Shown here in pieces: positions 20,280 through 29,413 of a stretch of 64,000 nucleotides of DNA (within the stretch, counting starts at the first letter, position 1; each line of letters starts with the position of its first letter). The notes below the pieces were generated by a model. That model worked only from the letters and a program-made list of their open reading frames with translations. It searched no databases and was not told the origin of the DNA. The position numbers and the translations under genes were made by a program. Origin of the DNA: Clostridia bacterium (GTDB lineage: Bacteria; Bacillota; Thermoanaerobacteria; Thermoanaerobacterales; Thermoanaerobacteraceae); the NCBI GenBank assembly GCA_012840485.1, contig DULG01000088.1, positions 12,047 through 76,046 on the forward strand. Direction: 5' to 3'.

Positions 20280-21473
20280 TCACAGCTCTTTTTCTAATCC
20301 TATTGCCCTTTTAAAAGGTATACTGGAAATTAAAGCTGTAATTAAAGATAAGAAAAGTGCAGCATAAAGACCCTTTTTGTCACTTAAGACTCCAAAGGAG
20401 TAAATACATAGAATTGTAGAAACACTAATAAACAAACTATATATTGAAATAATCGTTGCACGCTCTGAAGAAGGTATTAACTTATTAAAATAAGACATAA
20501 AAATCGGAGTGTGTGCAGAATATACTGCTGTATAAATAATATAAGGTATAAACGAATACTTGGGAATCGCATACATCATAAATATAAACAATGCAGATGT
20601 AATACTGACAATCATTAGTGTGCGAGCTGCCCCTTTAAATCTTTCAGCTATCCTGTCAGCATAACGGGGCACAAAAATACTAAGTACCATCGTTAATGCT
20701 AAAATAATACCAAACAATTCTACAGGTATGCCTGCCCGTTCGAAATAGGGCTGCCACAACATTGACATGATTCCCGATGAAAAGAAAAAGAAAAAAGCTC
20801 CAATTGTAATAAATAATAAAATCTCATGTTTAAATAGATACACAGTTCCTTTAGCAATTTTATTAAAATACTCTCTGTAACTGTATTCGTCCGTTTTTTT
20901 CTCTAATTTAGCTTCTTTGCCCGCTAAAAATACGTAAATAAAAACCAAAAAAATCCCTATACCTTCTATTAGCCAGATTTCTCTAAAGATATTATAACGT
21001 ACTAAAACGCTGCCTCCTAAAAATCCTATCGTACTACCTAAATAGTTAAAACTTGTAAGACGTCCCCAGTATTTTGTCAGGTCTATTTCTTTTTGACCCA
21101 AAAGAAACGAATCAGCAAACCAAGATTCAAAGGCTCCAGAATTAAGAGTTGCTCCAACTCCTGATAAGAAATATAAAAATAATAAAACTGTAAAAGAGGT
21201 GTTGAAATATATCCCAATAGAAGTTAAACTGCCAATCAATAAAGATAAAAGAACAGAAAATTTACGGCTATATGTATCAGCAAAAGCACCCGTAGGTATT
21301 TCGAATAATATGACCGCTATGTGGTTTATTATTATGAGGAGTGAAATTTGTGAAAAATCTAAATTAATTTTATTAAAATATATTACCCAAAATGGTGCCA
21401 TTAAAGATGTAAAAAAACTTGAAAACAATGTTACCGTCAAGAAAAATCGTACATTCCTTTTTAAATTTTGCAT
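20280..21473 (-). CDS. MFS transporter (probable exporter)
   Basis: 12-TM pattern; FEIPTGAFADTYSRK motif A and SGAFESW. Confidence 0.88.
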   Translation of the reverse strand: MQNLKRNVRFFLTVTLFSSFFTSLMAPFWVIYFNKINLDFSQISLLIIINHIAVILFEIPTGAFADTYSRKFSVLLSLLIGSLTSIGIYFNTSFTVLLFLYFLSGVGATLNSGAFESWFADSFLLGQKEIDLTKYWGRLTSFNYLGSTIGFLGGSVLVRYNIFREIWLIEGIGIFLVFIYVFLAGKEAKLEKKTDEYSYREYFNKIAKGTVYLFKHEILLFITIGAFFFFFSSGIMSMLWQPYFERAGIPVELFGIILALTMVLSIFVPRYADRIAERFKGAARTLMIVSITSALFIFMMYAIPKYSFIPYIIYTAVYSAHTPIFMSYFNKLIPSSERATIISIYSLFISVSTILCIYSFGVLSDKKGLYAALFLSLITALISSIPFKRAIGLEKEL

Positions 21474-22459
21474 TTATTTAAATCCTCCTCTGAAGGAATA
21501 AATTTACCAAATGTTAGGAAGTTTTCAGCAATACAATAATTCGTAGAACAGAAGCGAGCAAATTCACATTTGGTACACAGAAATTTTTTGCTTAATCTTT
21601 TGGAATAACTTCTTATCCTTTTTGCTTTCTCACTATTCCATATTTCAAAAATATCTTGTGATTTTATGTTGCCTAGAATTATTTTATCATCTACTCTTTG
21701 CTCGAAAATCCGGCATGGAAGTACATTCCCATCAGGTTGAATTTCAAAACCGACGTTTATATTGCAACCTGGAACCTTTTGGTCTTCAATAGACTTGGGT
21801 ACATCTCCCATTATTTGGTACAATGTTTGACAATTGTTGCCCCCAATCCCAAGGTTTCAAGCGTGCAAATTTAACTGAAGTAACTCCCAAATCGCTTAAC
21901 AATTTTACAATTTCTTCTATTTGCATCATATTATGTTTTCCGTAAGTTACTTCAACTTCCACTTGAAATGCATTTGAAAATTTTTTCAAATTTGAAATTG
22001 AAGAAAAAACCTTTTTAAATGTCCCCTCTCCCCTGATAAAATCATGAGTCTCGCTATTACTTCCTTCTATTGATAAACTATAACTTACTACGTGATAAGA
22101 ATTCATTATCTCAATCTTTTCTTTCGATAAATTTATACCATTAGTAACTAGTTCAATAGGGATTTTGTGTTGATTAAATATTTCCATAATTTTAAAAAAA
22201 TCCTTTCTAACTGTTGGTTCGCCACCATTAAAATCTCGTATTTCTCCATTTGTTCAGCCAATTTTTTTATATCATCTAATTCTAATTCTTTTATTTGGTA
22301 ATGTCTTAAACTCCCAACCAAACAGTGTTTACATTTTAAATTACATTTATAAGTTAATAGTAGTGATAATACTAACGGTGATTCGAATTCATAAATGTGG
22401 TCAATACTATAGTTTGTATTATTTCCTTCTCTGTTCTCTCCAATAATTATTTTCTGCAA
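21461..22459 (-). pseudogene. Radical SAM/SPASM enzyme (PqqE/MftC-like architecture) split by two frameshifts
   Basis: CNLKCKHC in the first piece; GGEPTVRKD in the shifted frame; VTNG; SPASM C..C..CTKCEFARFCSTNYC in the last piece. Confidence 0.85.
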
Positions 22460-22553
22460 TGGCTTACTAATTGCGCTGCTTATGGAATTCTCGAGATATT
22501 TTTTATTAATTTATACCATATATATTCCCACAAAATCTTATCATATCTAATTC

Positions 22554-23324
22554 TCAATACTCATTCCATATCCCTTCAACTTTACTTTTATTGTAAATAT
22601 ATCTAAAAAAGGATATACCAATGATAAAATATAAAAAGCTATTTATGCATAACAAAAACATCTGACTGAAAAATACAGGCTGCTTGTCAATTAAACTCTG
22701 TGAAATTAATATGCCCTGTGTTAAAGGCAAACTTTTGCTAATAATTTGAAATAAGATTGGCATGGAATTAATATCAATTATCGTCCCCGTAAAAAATAAT
22801 AAAATGTAAGATAAAATAGTCTCAAAAGAAGCCGTTTTAGTAAATCTTAAAGTCAGTCCTCCTAATAATAAACTAAAGCCCAATAGTCCTATTAACGTAA
22901 TTATTAAAATGGGTATTATTTTTATATTAAAAACTATATTTATGGGTAAGGTTAATTTGATAACTATAAATAATACCATAACTTTGATAAAAGTAATTGC
23001 AAGCCATGTTAGTGTTTTTATTAAACATATTACTTCTAAAGATACAGGCTTTAGAAGCAACTGTTCTAATGTACCTACTTGTTTTTCAAAGGATATCGAT
23101 ACAGATACCTCACTTATTATGTTAGCCGCGAGAAACCAATATAAAAAGCCAATGTAATAACTGTCTTTTACAGCAGCATAATTTCTAAATTCCAAAAAGA
23201 ATCCTGCAAAAAATATATAAGTTACAATCATATTTACTATATGATCGGGGTAATAAGTTTTTACTTCGATCATATACTTAGATAATTCCGCTTTTATAAT
23301 ATTAAACATCTTCAAAGCTGTCAC
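22554..23324 (-). CDS. ABC-2 type permease
   Basis: FEKQVGTLEQLLLKP motif, 6 TM, LPLTQGI. Confidence 0.85.
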   Translation of the reverse strand: MTALKMFNIIKAELSKYMIEVKTYYPDHIVNMIVTYIFFAGFFLEFRNYAAVKDSYYIGFLYWFLAANIISEVSVSISFEKQVGTLEQLLLKPVSLEVICLIKTLTWLAITFIKVMVLFIVIKLTLPINIVFNIKIIPILIITLIGLLGFSLLLGGLTLRFTKTASFETILSYILLFFTGTIIDINSMPILFQIISKSLPLTQGILISQSLIDKQPVFFSQMFLLCINSFLYFIIGISFFRYIYNKSKVEGIWNEY

Positions 23325-24261
23325 TTCCTAACTTCAAAAATTTGTACATTATATCTTCAAGGCTATCTTGGCTTTTAGAAATATGAGTAACATAAATATT
23401 TCTTTTTACCATATCACCTAAAAAGCTATTTATAAGCCTATTACTATCAATATAAACTTCTATTTCAGTAATATCATTTTCCCTGCGCACCACATTAACT
23501 GTATCAAAATACTTTTTTATTTCTGCATCATCTAAATTTCTTTCCACTCTTATTAAATATTTATTGCCTGAATATTTATTTATCAACTTATCTACTGTAT
23601 CCAAAAATTGTATTTTCCCTTCACCTAATATCATCACTCTATCAGCTACTTTTTCAACGACATCCATTTGATGTGACGTAATAATAACTGTCACACCCTC
23701 CTCCTTTGACAAATGTTTTATTTTTTCAATCATGTCCATTTTAGACACCACATCAAGCCCTAAAGTTGGCTCATCTAAAAACAATATCTTTGGTTCATGG
23801 AGTAATGAGATTATAATTGATAATTTTTGCTGCATCCCTCTTGAAAAATTCCCTACTTTTTTATCTTTATCCTCATATAGCCCAAAAAATTTTAATAATT
23901 CCTCTCCTCTTTCTCTAATTTCTTTTTCTTTTAACCCCATCAATCTTCCGAAATAAAGTATATTTTCATAAGCCGACAAATACCAATAAATATTTCTATT
24001 ACCTTCTAACACAACTCCGATTTCAGTGTAGTAATCCTTTCCTATAGTTGTAATTTCCATATTTTTATATAAAATTTTCCCTTTTGAAGGAGTTAATAAA
24101 TTAACCATCAATTTTATCAATGTAGTTTTACCTGCGCCATTTTCTCCTAATATGCTGAAAATTTCTCCTTTATCAACATGAAAACTTACTGAATCTAAAA
24201 CCAATTGCTTTTTTCTATTTGTCTTATATGTTTTGGATAGCTCTTTTATTTCTAATATCAT
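23302..24261 (-). CDS. ABC transporter ATP-binding protein
   Basis: GENGAGKTT, FSRGMQQK, FLDEPT and C-terminal SLEDIMY. Confidence 0.92.
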   Translation of the reverse strand: MILEIKELSKTYKTNRKKQLVLDSVSFHVDKGEIFSILGENGAGKTTLIKLMVNLLTPSKGKILYKNMEITTIGKDYYTEIGVVLEGNRNIYWYLSAYENILYFGRLMGLKEKEIRERGEELLKFFGLYEDKDKKVGNFSRGMQQKLSIIISLLHEPKILFLDEPTLGLDVVSKMDMIEKIKHLSKEEGVTVIITSHQMDVVEKVADRVMILGEGKIQFLDTVDKLINKYSGNKYLIRVERNLDDAEIKKYFDTVNVVRRENDITEIEVYIDSNRLINSFLGDMVKRNIYVTHISKSQDSLEDIMYKFLKLGSDSFEDV

Positions 24262-24482
24262 ACTAATCTTTTTTCCTCCATTCTGTTTGGAGCTTTAACA
24301 TAAGTATAGCAAAAATAACAGTAATATTACTTTATAATAAATAATATTATGACAAAACCAAAAAGTAATATCACAGAATTTAATTACTTTAACAAGCAGA
24401 TATTGATTTTAAGCTACTACAGGTAGAATTTGGTATGTTGTTATATTTGAGTCTAACTTCCTTGAAAACTCTCAACTACCAT

Positions 24483-25757
24483 TTATTTATTTCCCTTGGC
24501 ACTATTTTTATAGTTCTCTACAATTAATGGAATATCATTTTCATCCAATTCTTGTTTAGGACATATATTACCGTAAACATTCTTTTTATATACACACCAT
24601 CCTCCGCAAATAATTTTATAATCACAATCAGTACATTCAGAATTCATATTTTCTTTTTCTATAAATTGACTAACTCTGGAATAATAATAATGGCTTCCAT
24701 ATTCAGATATATGTGAAATTAAGTATTGTGTATTACCAATTCCAGATATACACTTATAGAGATATCCATCCGGACTAATTATAAATACGTTGTCCCTAAA
24801 AAAACTACATGTAAAATAACTATTTCTGTAGAAAGGCACATAATTATTTCCATACTTTAAACCTATTTTATGTGCATTTAACCAAGCTTTATTTATGTCG
24901 TTTTTATAAGCATATTTAAAAGAATTCTTTCTAGACTCAAATACTATACTAAAAAACACGGGATAATTTATTCTTTTTTTTCTTAATTCTATAAACAATT
25001 CTTCAATATGATTTATATTCAACAAATTAATGTTGCAGTTTATTACAATATTGATTGATTCATTAAACTCCTTAGAAATAGCTTCTAGATTATTTATTAT
25101 CTTATTGTAACTTCCACTGTTGTCCATTCCAATTCTCAACTGATCATGGATTTTTTGTGGTCCATCTAATGTTACTTGTAGCAAATCTATTTTCATATTT
25201 ATGAGTTCATTAACTGTTTTTTTGTTAAGTAAAGTCCCATTCGTAATAATCGATTTGATAATTTTGAGAGATTTTCCTTCATTCGATATTCCATTAATAA
25301 TATTTTTAATTTTTCTCTTATGTAACAAAGGTTCTCCTCCAATAAAACATAGTTCAATTTGCTCTGGACTTGTCTTTTTAACAATTCCTTTAATAAATTT
25401 AATTACATCTTTTTCTGTTTCCTCAGTCATAACCTTTTTACTTTTTATTTCCCTTTGATAACAATAAACACATCTTAAATTACAGTTGTAATTTAAATGA
25501 ATTATGAAAGAAACTGAACGACTCGAATACTTAATTTTATTCATAACCATTTTAACAAGTTTTTCTTCATCTATTTCGCTAAATTGTAAATATAATTCTT
25601 TCCTTAAATATTGTAATTCTTCTTGGTTCAATTTTTTAATAAATATTTCTACATCTTCTTTAGAAGTAGGTAAAGATATTAAAGAATTAGTAATTGAATT
25701 ATACAAAAGAGTTTTTTTATCATCTACAGGTATTTTAATTACATATTTGCTTAACAA
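24483..25757 (-). CDS. Radical SAM/SPASM peptide maturase with an N-terminal extension (probable RRE)
   Basis: CNLRCVYC, GGEPLL, TNG, QVTLDG; SPASM Cys set C..C..CTDCDYKIICGGWC..C; about 90-aa N-terminal extension. Confidence 0.9.
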   Translation of the reverse strand: MLSKYVIKIPVDDKKTLLYNSITNSLISLPTSKEDVEIFIKKLNQEELQYLRKELYLQFSEIDEEKLVKMVMNKIKYSSRSVSFIIHLNYNCNLRCVYCYQREIKSKKVMTEETEKDVIKFIKGIVKKTSPEQIELCFIGGEPLLHKRKIKNIINGISNEGKSLKIIKSIITNGTLLNKKTVNELINMKIDLLQVTLDGPQKIHDQLRIGMDNSGSYNKIINNLEAISKEFNESINIVINCNINLLNINHIEELFIELRKKRINYPVFFSIVFESRKNSFKYAYKNDINKAWLNAHKIGLKYGNNYVPFYRNSYFTCSFFRDNVFIISPDGYLYKCISGIGNTQYLISHISEYGSHYYYSRVSQFIEKENMNSECTDCDYKIICGGWCVYKKNVYGNICPKQELDENDIPLIVENYKNSAKGNK

Positions 25758-25785
25758 GATTTTTTACCTCCTATTCTTGATTATT

Positions 25786-27072
25786 TTATGTACAGAGTTG
25801 AATTATACCTTCAACTATTCCATTTTGGATTTCTTCTTTTTTGCAGAGAACTTTATTAATATCATATTTGTTCTCTATTTTTTCTCTTTTACACCCCCCC
25901 ATACAAAAAGGTAAAAATGTACACGTCTTACATCTTTCTTCATATTCTATTTCATCTTCATCATAACTATACAACTTTAATAGAATCATGTCTGTATCAT
26001 CCTTAATGTTTCCTATAATAAATTTATCACTACCGATTCCGTATATACACTTACTTATATTCCCGTTGGGTTCTATTATAATCGAATTCTTTCTATTAGC
26101 TAAACAAGGTCCATATCCTATAAATTCATCATTCTCTTTGTTATAACCATATATTTTCAAACTCTTTAATAAAGTTTTATATATTATAGCTAATTCATCA
26201 GGTTTTAGTTTATGCACTCTCGAAATATTATTTTCAGTACTTATCAAAGAATTAAACTTTATATAAACTTTGTTTCTGTATTTTTTAGGAAATATATCTA
26301 AAAATTTAATTATACTTCTGTAATTATATTTATCAAAATTCATATTGATTACAATCTCAAACCCATTATCTATTAACATCAAAAGATTATTATATATCTT
26401 TTTAAACGTTCCAGAGCCATCATGTAAAAATCTTCTTTCGTCATGGCATCTTTCAATTCCATCAATAGTTATCTGAAAACTGTTAATATTTAATTTTTTG
26501 AAGTTTTCAATCATCTTTTCATCAATTAAATATCCATTAGTCACTATGTTAACCAGACTTCTAATTCCAAAATTATTTTCTATGTAACATAAAAACATAC
26601 AAACTTTTTCTATTGTCTTCATTTCTAGCAATGGTTCCCCGCCAAAAAAGTTAAAATCTATAACACGACACCTACTTTTAATAATAACATTCTCTAAAAA
26701 TTGCAGCATTTTGTCTAGTTCCATGTTTTTATAATTTTTTTCTTTTTTAAAACCTTCATAACAATATGGACATTTAAAATTACAATTGTATGTCGTTAAA
26801 AATGTTACAATAAAATATTCATTTTGCCATTTTTGCTTATTTAACCAATACTTATACAATAAAAATTCATCTATATCATCATCCACTATAAACCCTAATT
26901 CACATAAATCTTTATATTTTTTTTTGGCAGTATGATAATTTATTTTTTTTATATTTTCTTTAAGCTGGTAGTATTCTCCTCTTTCTATAGAGATAATTGA
27001 TCTCGTTAATGTATTAAAAATTATAACGTTATTATCTAAAGTCTTCTCATAATTAAAAACCGAAAATTTCAT
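25786..27072 (-). CDS. Radical SAM/SPASM peptide maturase with an N-terminal extension (probable RRE)
   Basis: CNFKCPYC, GGEPLL, TNG, QITIDG; SPASM C..C..CKTCTFLPFCMGGC..C; AGGAGG RBS. Confidence 0.9.
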   Translation of the reverse strand: MKFSVFNYEKTLDNNVIIFNTLTRSIISIERGEYYQLKENIKKINYHTAKKKYKDLCELGFIVDDDIDEFLLYKYWLNKQKWQNEYFIVTFLTTYNCNFKCPYCYEGFKKEKNYKNMELDKMLQFLENVIIKSRCRVIDFNFFGGEPLLEMKTIEKVCMFLCYIENNFGIRSLVNIVTNGYLIDEKMIENFKKLNINSFQITIDGIERCHDERRFLHDGSGTFKKIYNNLLMLIDNGFEIVINMNFDKYNYRSIIKFLDIFPKKYRNKVYIKFNSLISTENNISRVHKLKPDELAIIYKTLLKSLKIYGYNKENDEFIGYGPCLANRKNSIIIEPNGNISKCIYGIGSDKFIIGNIKDDTDMILLKLYSYDEDEIEYEERCKTCTFLPFCMGGCKREKIENKYDINKVLCKKEEIQNGIVEGIIQLCT

Positions 27073-27261
27073 ATTTAATTTTCTCCTCCTATGTTATCTT
27101 CTATTTTCTCTCATTATTTAGCTTTTTTAATTTTTCTATCATAATAAGGTAGATATCATTAAAGAATATACCAGGTATTTCTATTATCATTTTATTCACT
27201 GGATCTCTGCCTTTAATTCTTTTTTTATCTGCTATTATGCTCTTTAAATTATAATGTAAAC

Positions 27262-27798
27262 TTATTTTAACTTTTTCAAAATTTGTATAAAATCTAGTAC
27301 GTTTTCAACTTTAATTATTCTATCATCATCTATTACTAAATCTGTCAATTTAGGCACTAAAAAATAATCATACTGTCTTTCTTTAAAAATACTAAACTTT
27401 TCTTTCATCCCACCAACTTCTAAAACATTTCCGTATAAATCTATTTCACCAGTTGCTAAAATATTTTTACCTTCTACATATTTCCGCATGTTCTCATCCA
27501 AACAACTATACATAACAGACATAAAAATTCCTAACCCTGCAGAAGTTCCATCTTTATAAATACTCCCATTAGTAAAATGTACATGAAAATCGAATTCATT
27601 AATTATTTTTTTATCTATTTTTAACAAAATATAGTTGCTTTTTATTACTGAAAGTGCAACTTGTACCATTTCCGCAATTGCATTACCTACAACTCCTGTA
27701 ACCAAGCAGTTACCGTTGCCATTCTCAAACCTCATACATTGCACCGAAAAACAATCAACAATACCTTCATTATTTATGGCAGGTACATCTATTCTCAT
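27262..27798 (-). CDS. Stand-alone Lon protease proteolytic (S16) domain, no AAA+ module
   Basis: HVHFTNGSIYKDGTSAG (catalytic Ser) and TGEIDLYGNVLEVGGMKEK (catalytic Lys) align to E. coli Lon PKDGPSAG / TGEITLRG..IGGLKEK; GAGGAG RBS. Confidence 0.88.
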   Translation of the reverse strand: MRIDVPAINNEGIVDCFSVQCMRFENGNGNCLVTGVVGNAIAEMVQVALSVIKSNYILLKIDKKIINEFDFHVHFTNGSIYKDGTSAGLGIFMSVMYSCLDENMRKYVEGKNILATGEIDLYGNVLEVGGMKEKFSIFKERQYDYFLVPKLTDLVIDDDRIIKVENVLDFIQILKKLK

Positions 27799-28043
27799 TT
27801 TTCTCCTCTCCCATTAGTATAAACAATAAATTGGAAATAAGTAATTAATAAAAAATATGATTACTTTCTTATTTTTCTTATTTTCCCTTTACATATATTT
27901 CGTTTTATTAATGTGATATAGTATAGTACAGTTAAAATTTGGAGATATTTCTTTAATCAATATATTTTTACATATTTTTTGTGCCGCTATTCTTATTTCG
28001 TTTTGAAAATCCCTGTTGAAATCAATATTTCTTTATATTTACA

Positions 28044-28089
28044 AGCATAGCATAATAAGTATTGTCTACAGTACTTATTATGCTATGCT
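28044..28089 (-). terminator. 18-bp perfect stem-loop downstream of the precursor peptide gene (terminator or mRNA-stabilising hairpin)
   Basis: AGCATAGCATAATAAGTA (28044-28061) / TACTTATTATGCTATGCT (28072-28089). Confidence 0.75.
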
Positions 28090-28101
28090 ATTTAATGAAT
28101 T

Positions 28102-28233
28102 TTAATCAATAGTTAAACGCTGTGTTTTTCTGCAACATGAATAAATCAAATCAGCATTTTCGATCTTGTGTCCAGTTCTAATAACTTTAACTTTTTTTAA
28201 TTCATTAGATTGCTTCTCCTGTTTTTGAGTCAT
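28102..28233 (-). CDS. Putative RiPP precursor peptide, 43 aa: MTQKQEKQSNELKKVKVIRTGHKIENADLIYSCCRKTQRLTID
   Basis: Manual translation (below the ORF-track cutoff); strong AGGAGGTG RBS 6 nt before ATG; first gene of the rSAM operon; followed by a strong hairpin. Confidence 0.8.
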   Translation of the reverse strand: MTQKQEKQSNELKKVKVIRTGHKIENADLIYSCCRKTQRLTID

Positions 28234-28388
28234 CGCTTACACCTCCTTCTTTTTTAAATATTTGGTCTTTGCAGAATCCTAAAATCCTTATGTATTGAAA
28301 GATTCTGCTGTATATTTTCAAAGGAATTCCTCCACTTTTTTTGAATTTATAGAAAGAGACAAATCCCCAAAAAAAGGGAGGAACTCCT

Positions 28389-28835
28389 ATGAAAACTGAA
28401 GCTAAATAAACACTATTTTTTGCCGATATTTACGATAATGTTTAAACCTTTTTCTGAAGAAGATAAATTTAAGTTTATTAAACTCTTTGATTACTTTATT
28501 GATTTTTCTAAACTTACTCCATCTTCTTTCTATAACCATTATTATTCTCAATTTGACGTCATAGAGATTTTTATCTTGAATCTATGCTTACTGCTTTGTT
28601 TATTCAAAAAATCCTTTCTATTTCTACTTTTCAACTCCGTGCTTATGTCTTTAAACTCTTTAAAGAATTAAGAGAACTTTATGGCTTTAAAAGAGTCCCT
28701 CATCCTTCCAATTCCCTAGATTTAAATCCATTTTCCTCAAAGATTTGGAGAATTTCTTCAATAATCTTGTTAATTTAACTGAATCTATTTGTCAGCCTAT
28801 TAATCCTTCACTTTCCAATATACTCTTGGTTTAAT
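28389..28835 (+). mobile_element. Degraded IS transposase, N-terminal part (ISNCY/IS1182-like; family uncertain)
   Basis: Stitched frames give MKTEAK*..SFYNHYYSQF..RDFYLESMLTALFIQKILSIST..KELRELYGFKRVPHPSQFPRFKSIFLKDLENFFNNLVNLTESIC; several stops and frameshifts; GCAGAATC/GATTCTGC inverted repeat near 28271-28308. Confidence 0.7.
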
Positions 28836-29323
28836 TATTATGCAGAACTTGGTGCCTTCGAATATCCTCTATTTTTGAAAAAGTTTTTGGCTTGGTAATT
28901 TGTTCTTATAGTTTGAATATACCTGACTTTCTATTTCCCAGTGTAAGATTGACTTTTATTTTTCTATGTTTAAGAATTTAGACTTGTTTTTAATACCGGA
29001 ATCTCTTTATGTTGCTATTGTAGTTGTTAAGCTAAGTAAATTTTGTAAGTTTAAGTTTTTTATTAATCTGATGCAATTGACTTAATTTTCACTAAATTTA
29101 GTTTGGGCCACTTTTCAATATTTGACTTTCAGAGGATATTTATGATTTTTTAGCTACTCTTTTGTCTTTTCTTATCCCTGACTATTTTCTTTGTGTTTAA
29201 TTGTCAGTTTTGATTATTATATATTTTATATCATACATACTTTGTTTTTTAATTCTGATTATTTTAATTTACTTTGCATAATCATAACATTTCTGACATT
29301 TCTGCACTTATTTTTTTATTTTC

Positions 29324-29369
29324 ACTATACAATGAAACTAATAGCATGTCTACTATATTTTAGTATAGT
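29324..29369 (-). promoter_or_regulatory. Promoter with operator ACTATATTTTAGTATAGT (29352-29369), -35 TAGACA, 17-bp spacer, -10 TATAGT, pointing to the RiPP cluster
   Basis: Same geometry as 19010 and 15287. Confidence 0.65.
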
Positions 29370-29413
29370 TTTTATTACATTTCCAGTTAATGTTTACATA
29401 AATAAGCAAAAAA

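Noticed and set aside
27111-27200. Short open frame MIIEIPGIFFNDIYLIMIEKLKKLNNERK between the Lon domain and rSAM #1
   Set aside because: No RBS, no Cys or leader-like features; such frames are expected in AT-rich DNA.
27911-27930. GTATAGT half-site upstream of the Lon gene
   Set aside because: Only half of the operator and it lacks the -35/17-bp/-10 geometry, so it was not counted.
27860-28030. Open frame NIDFNRDFQNEIRIAAQKICK... downstream of the precursor hairpin
   Set aside because: No start codon (preceded by stops) and no recognisable family.
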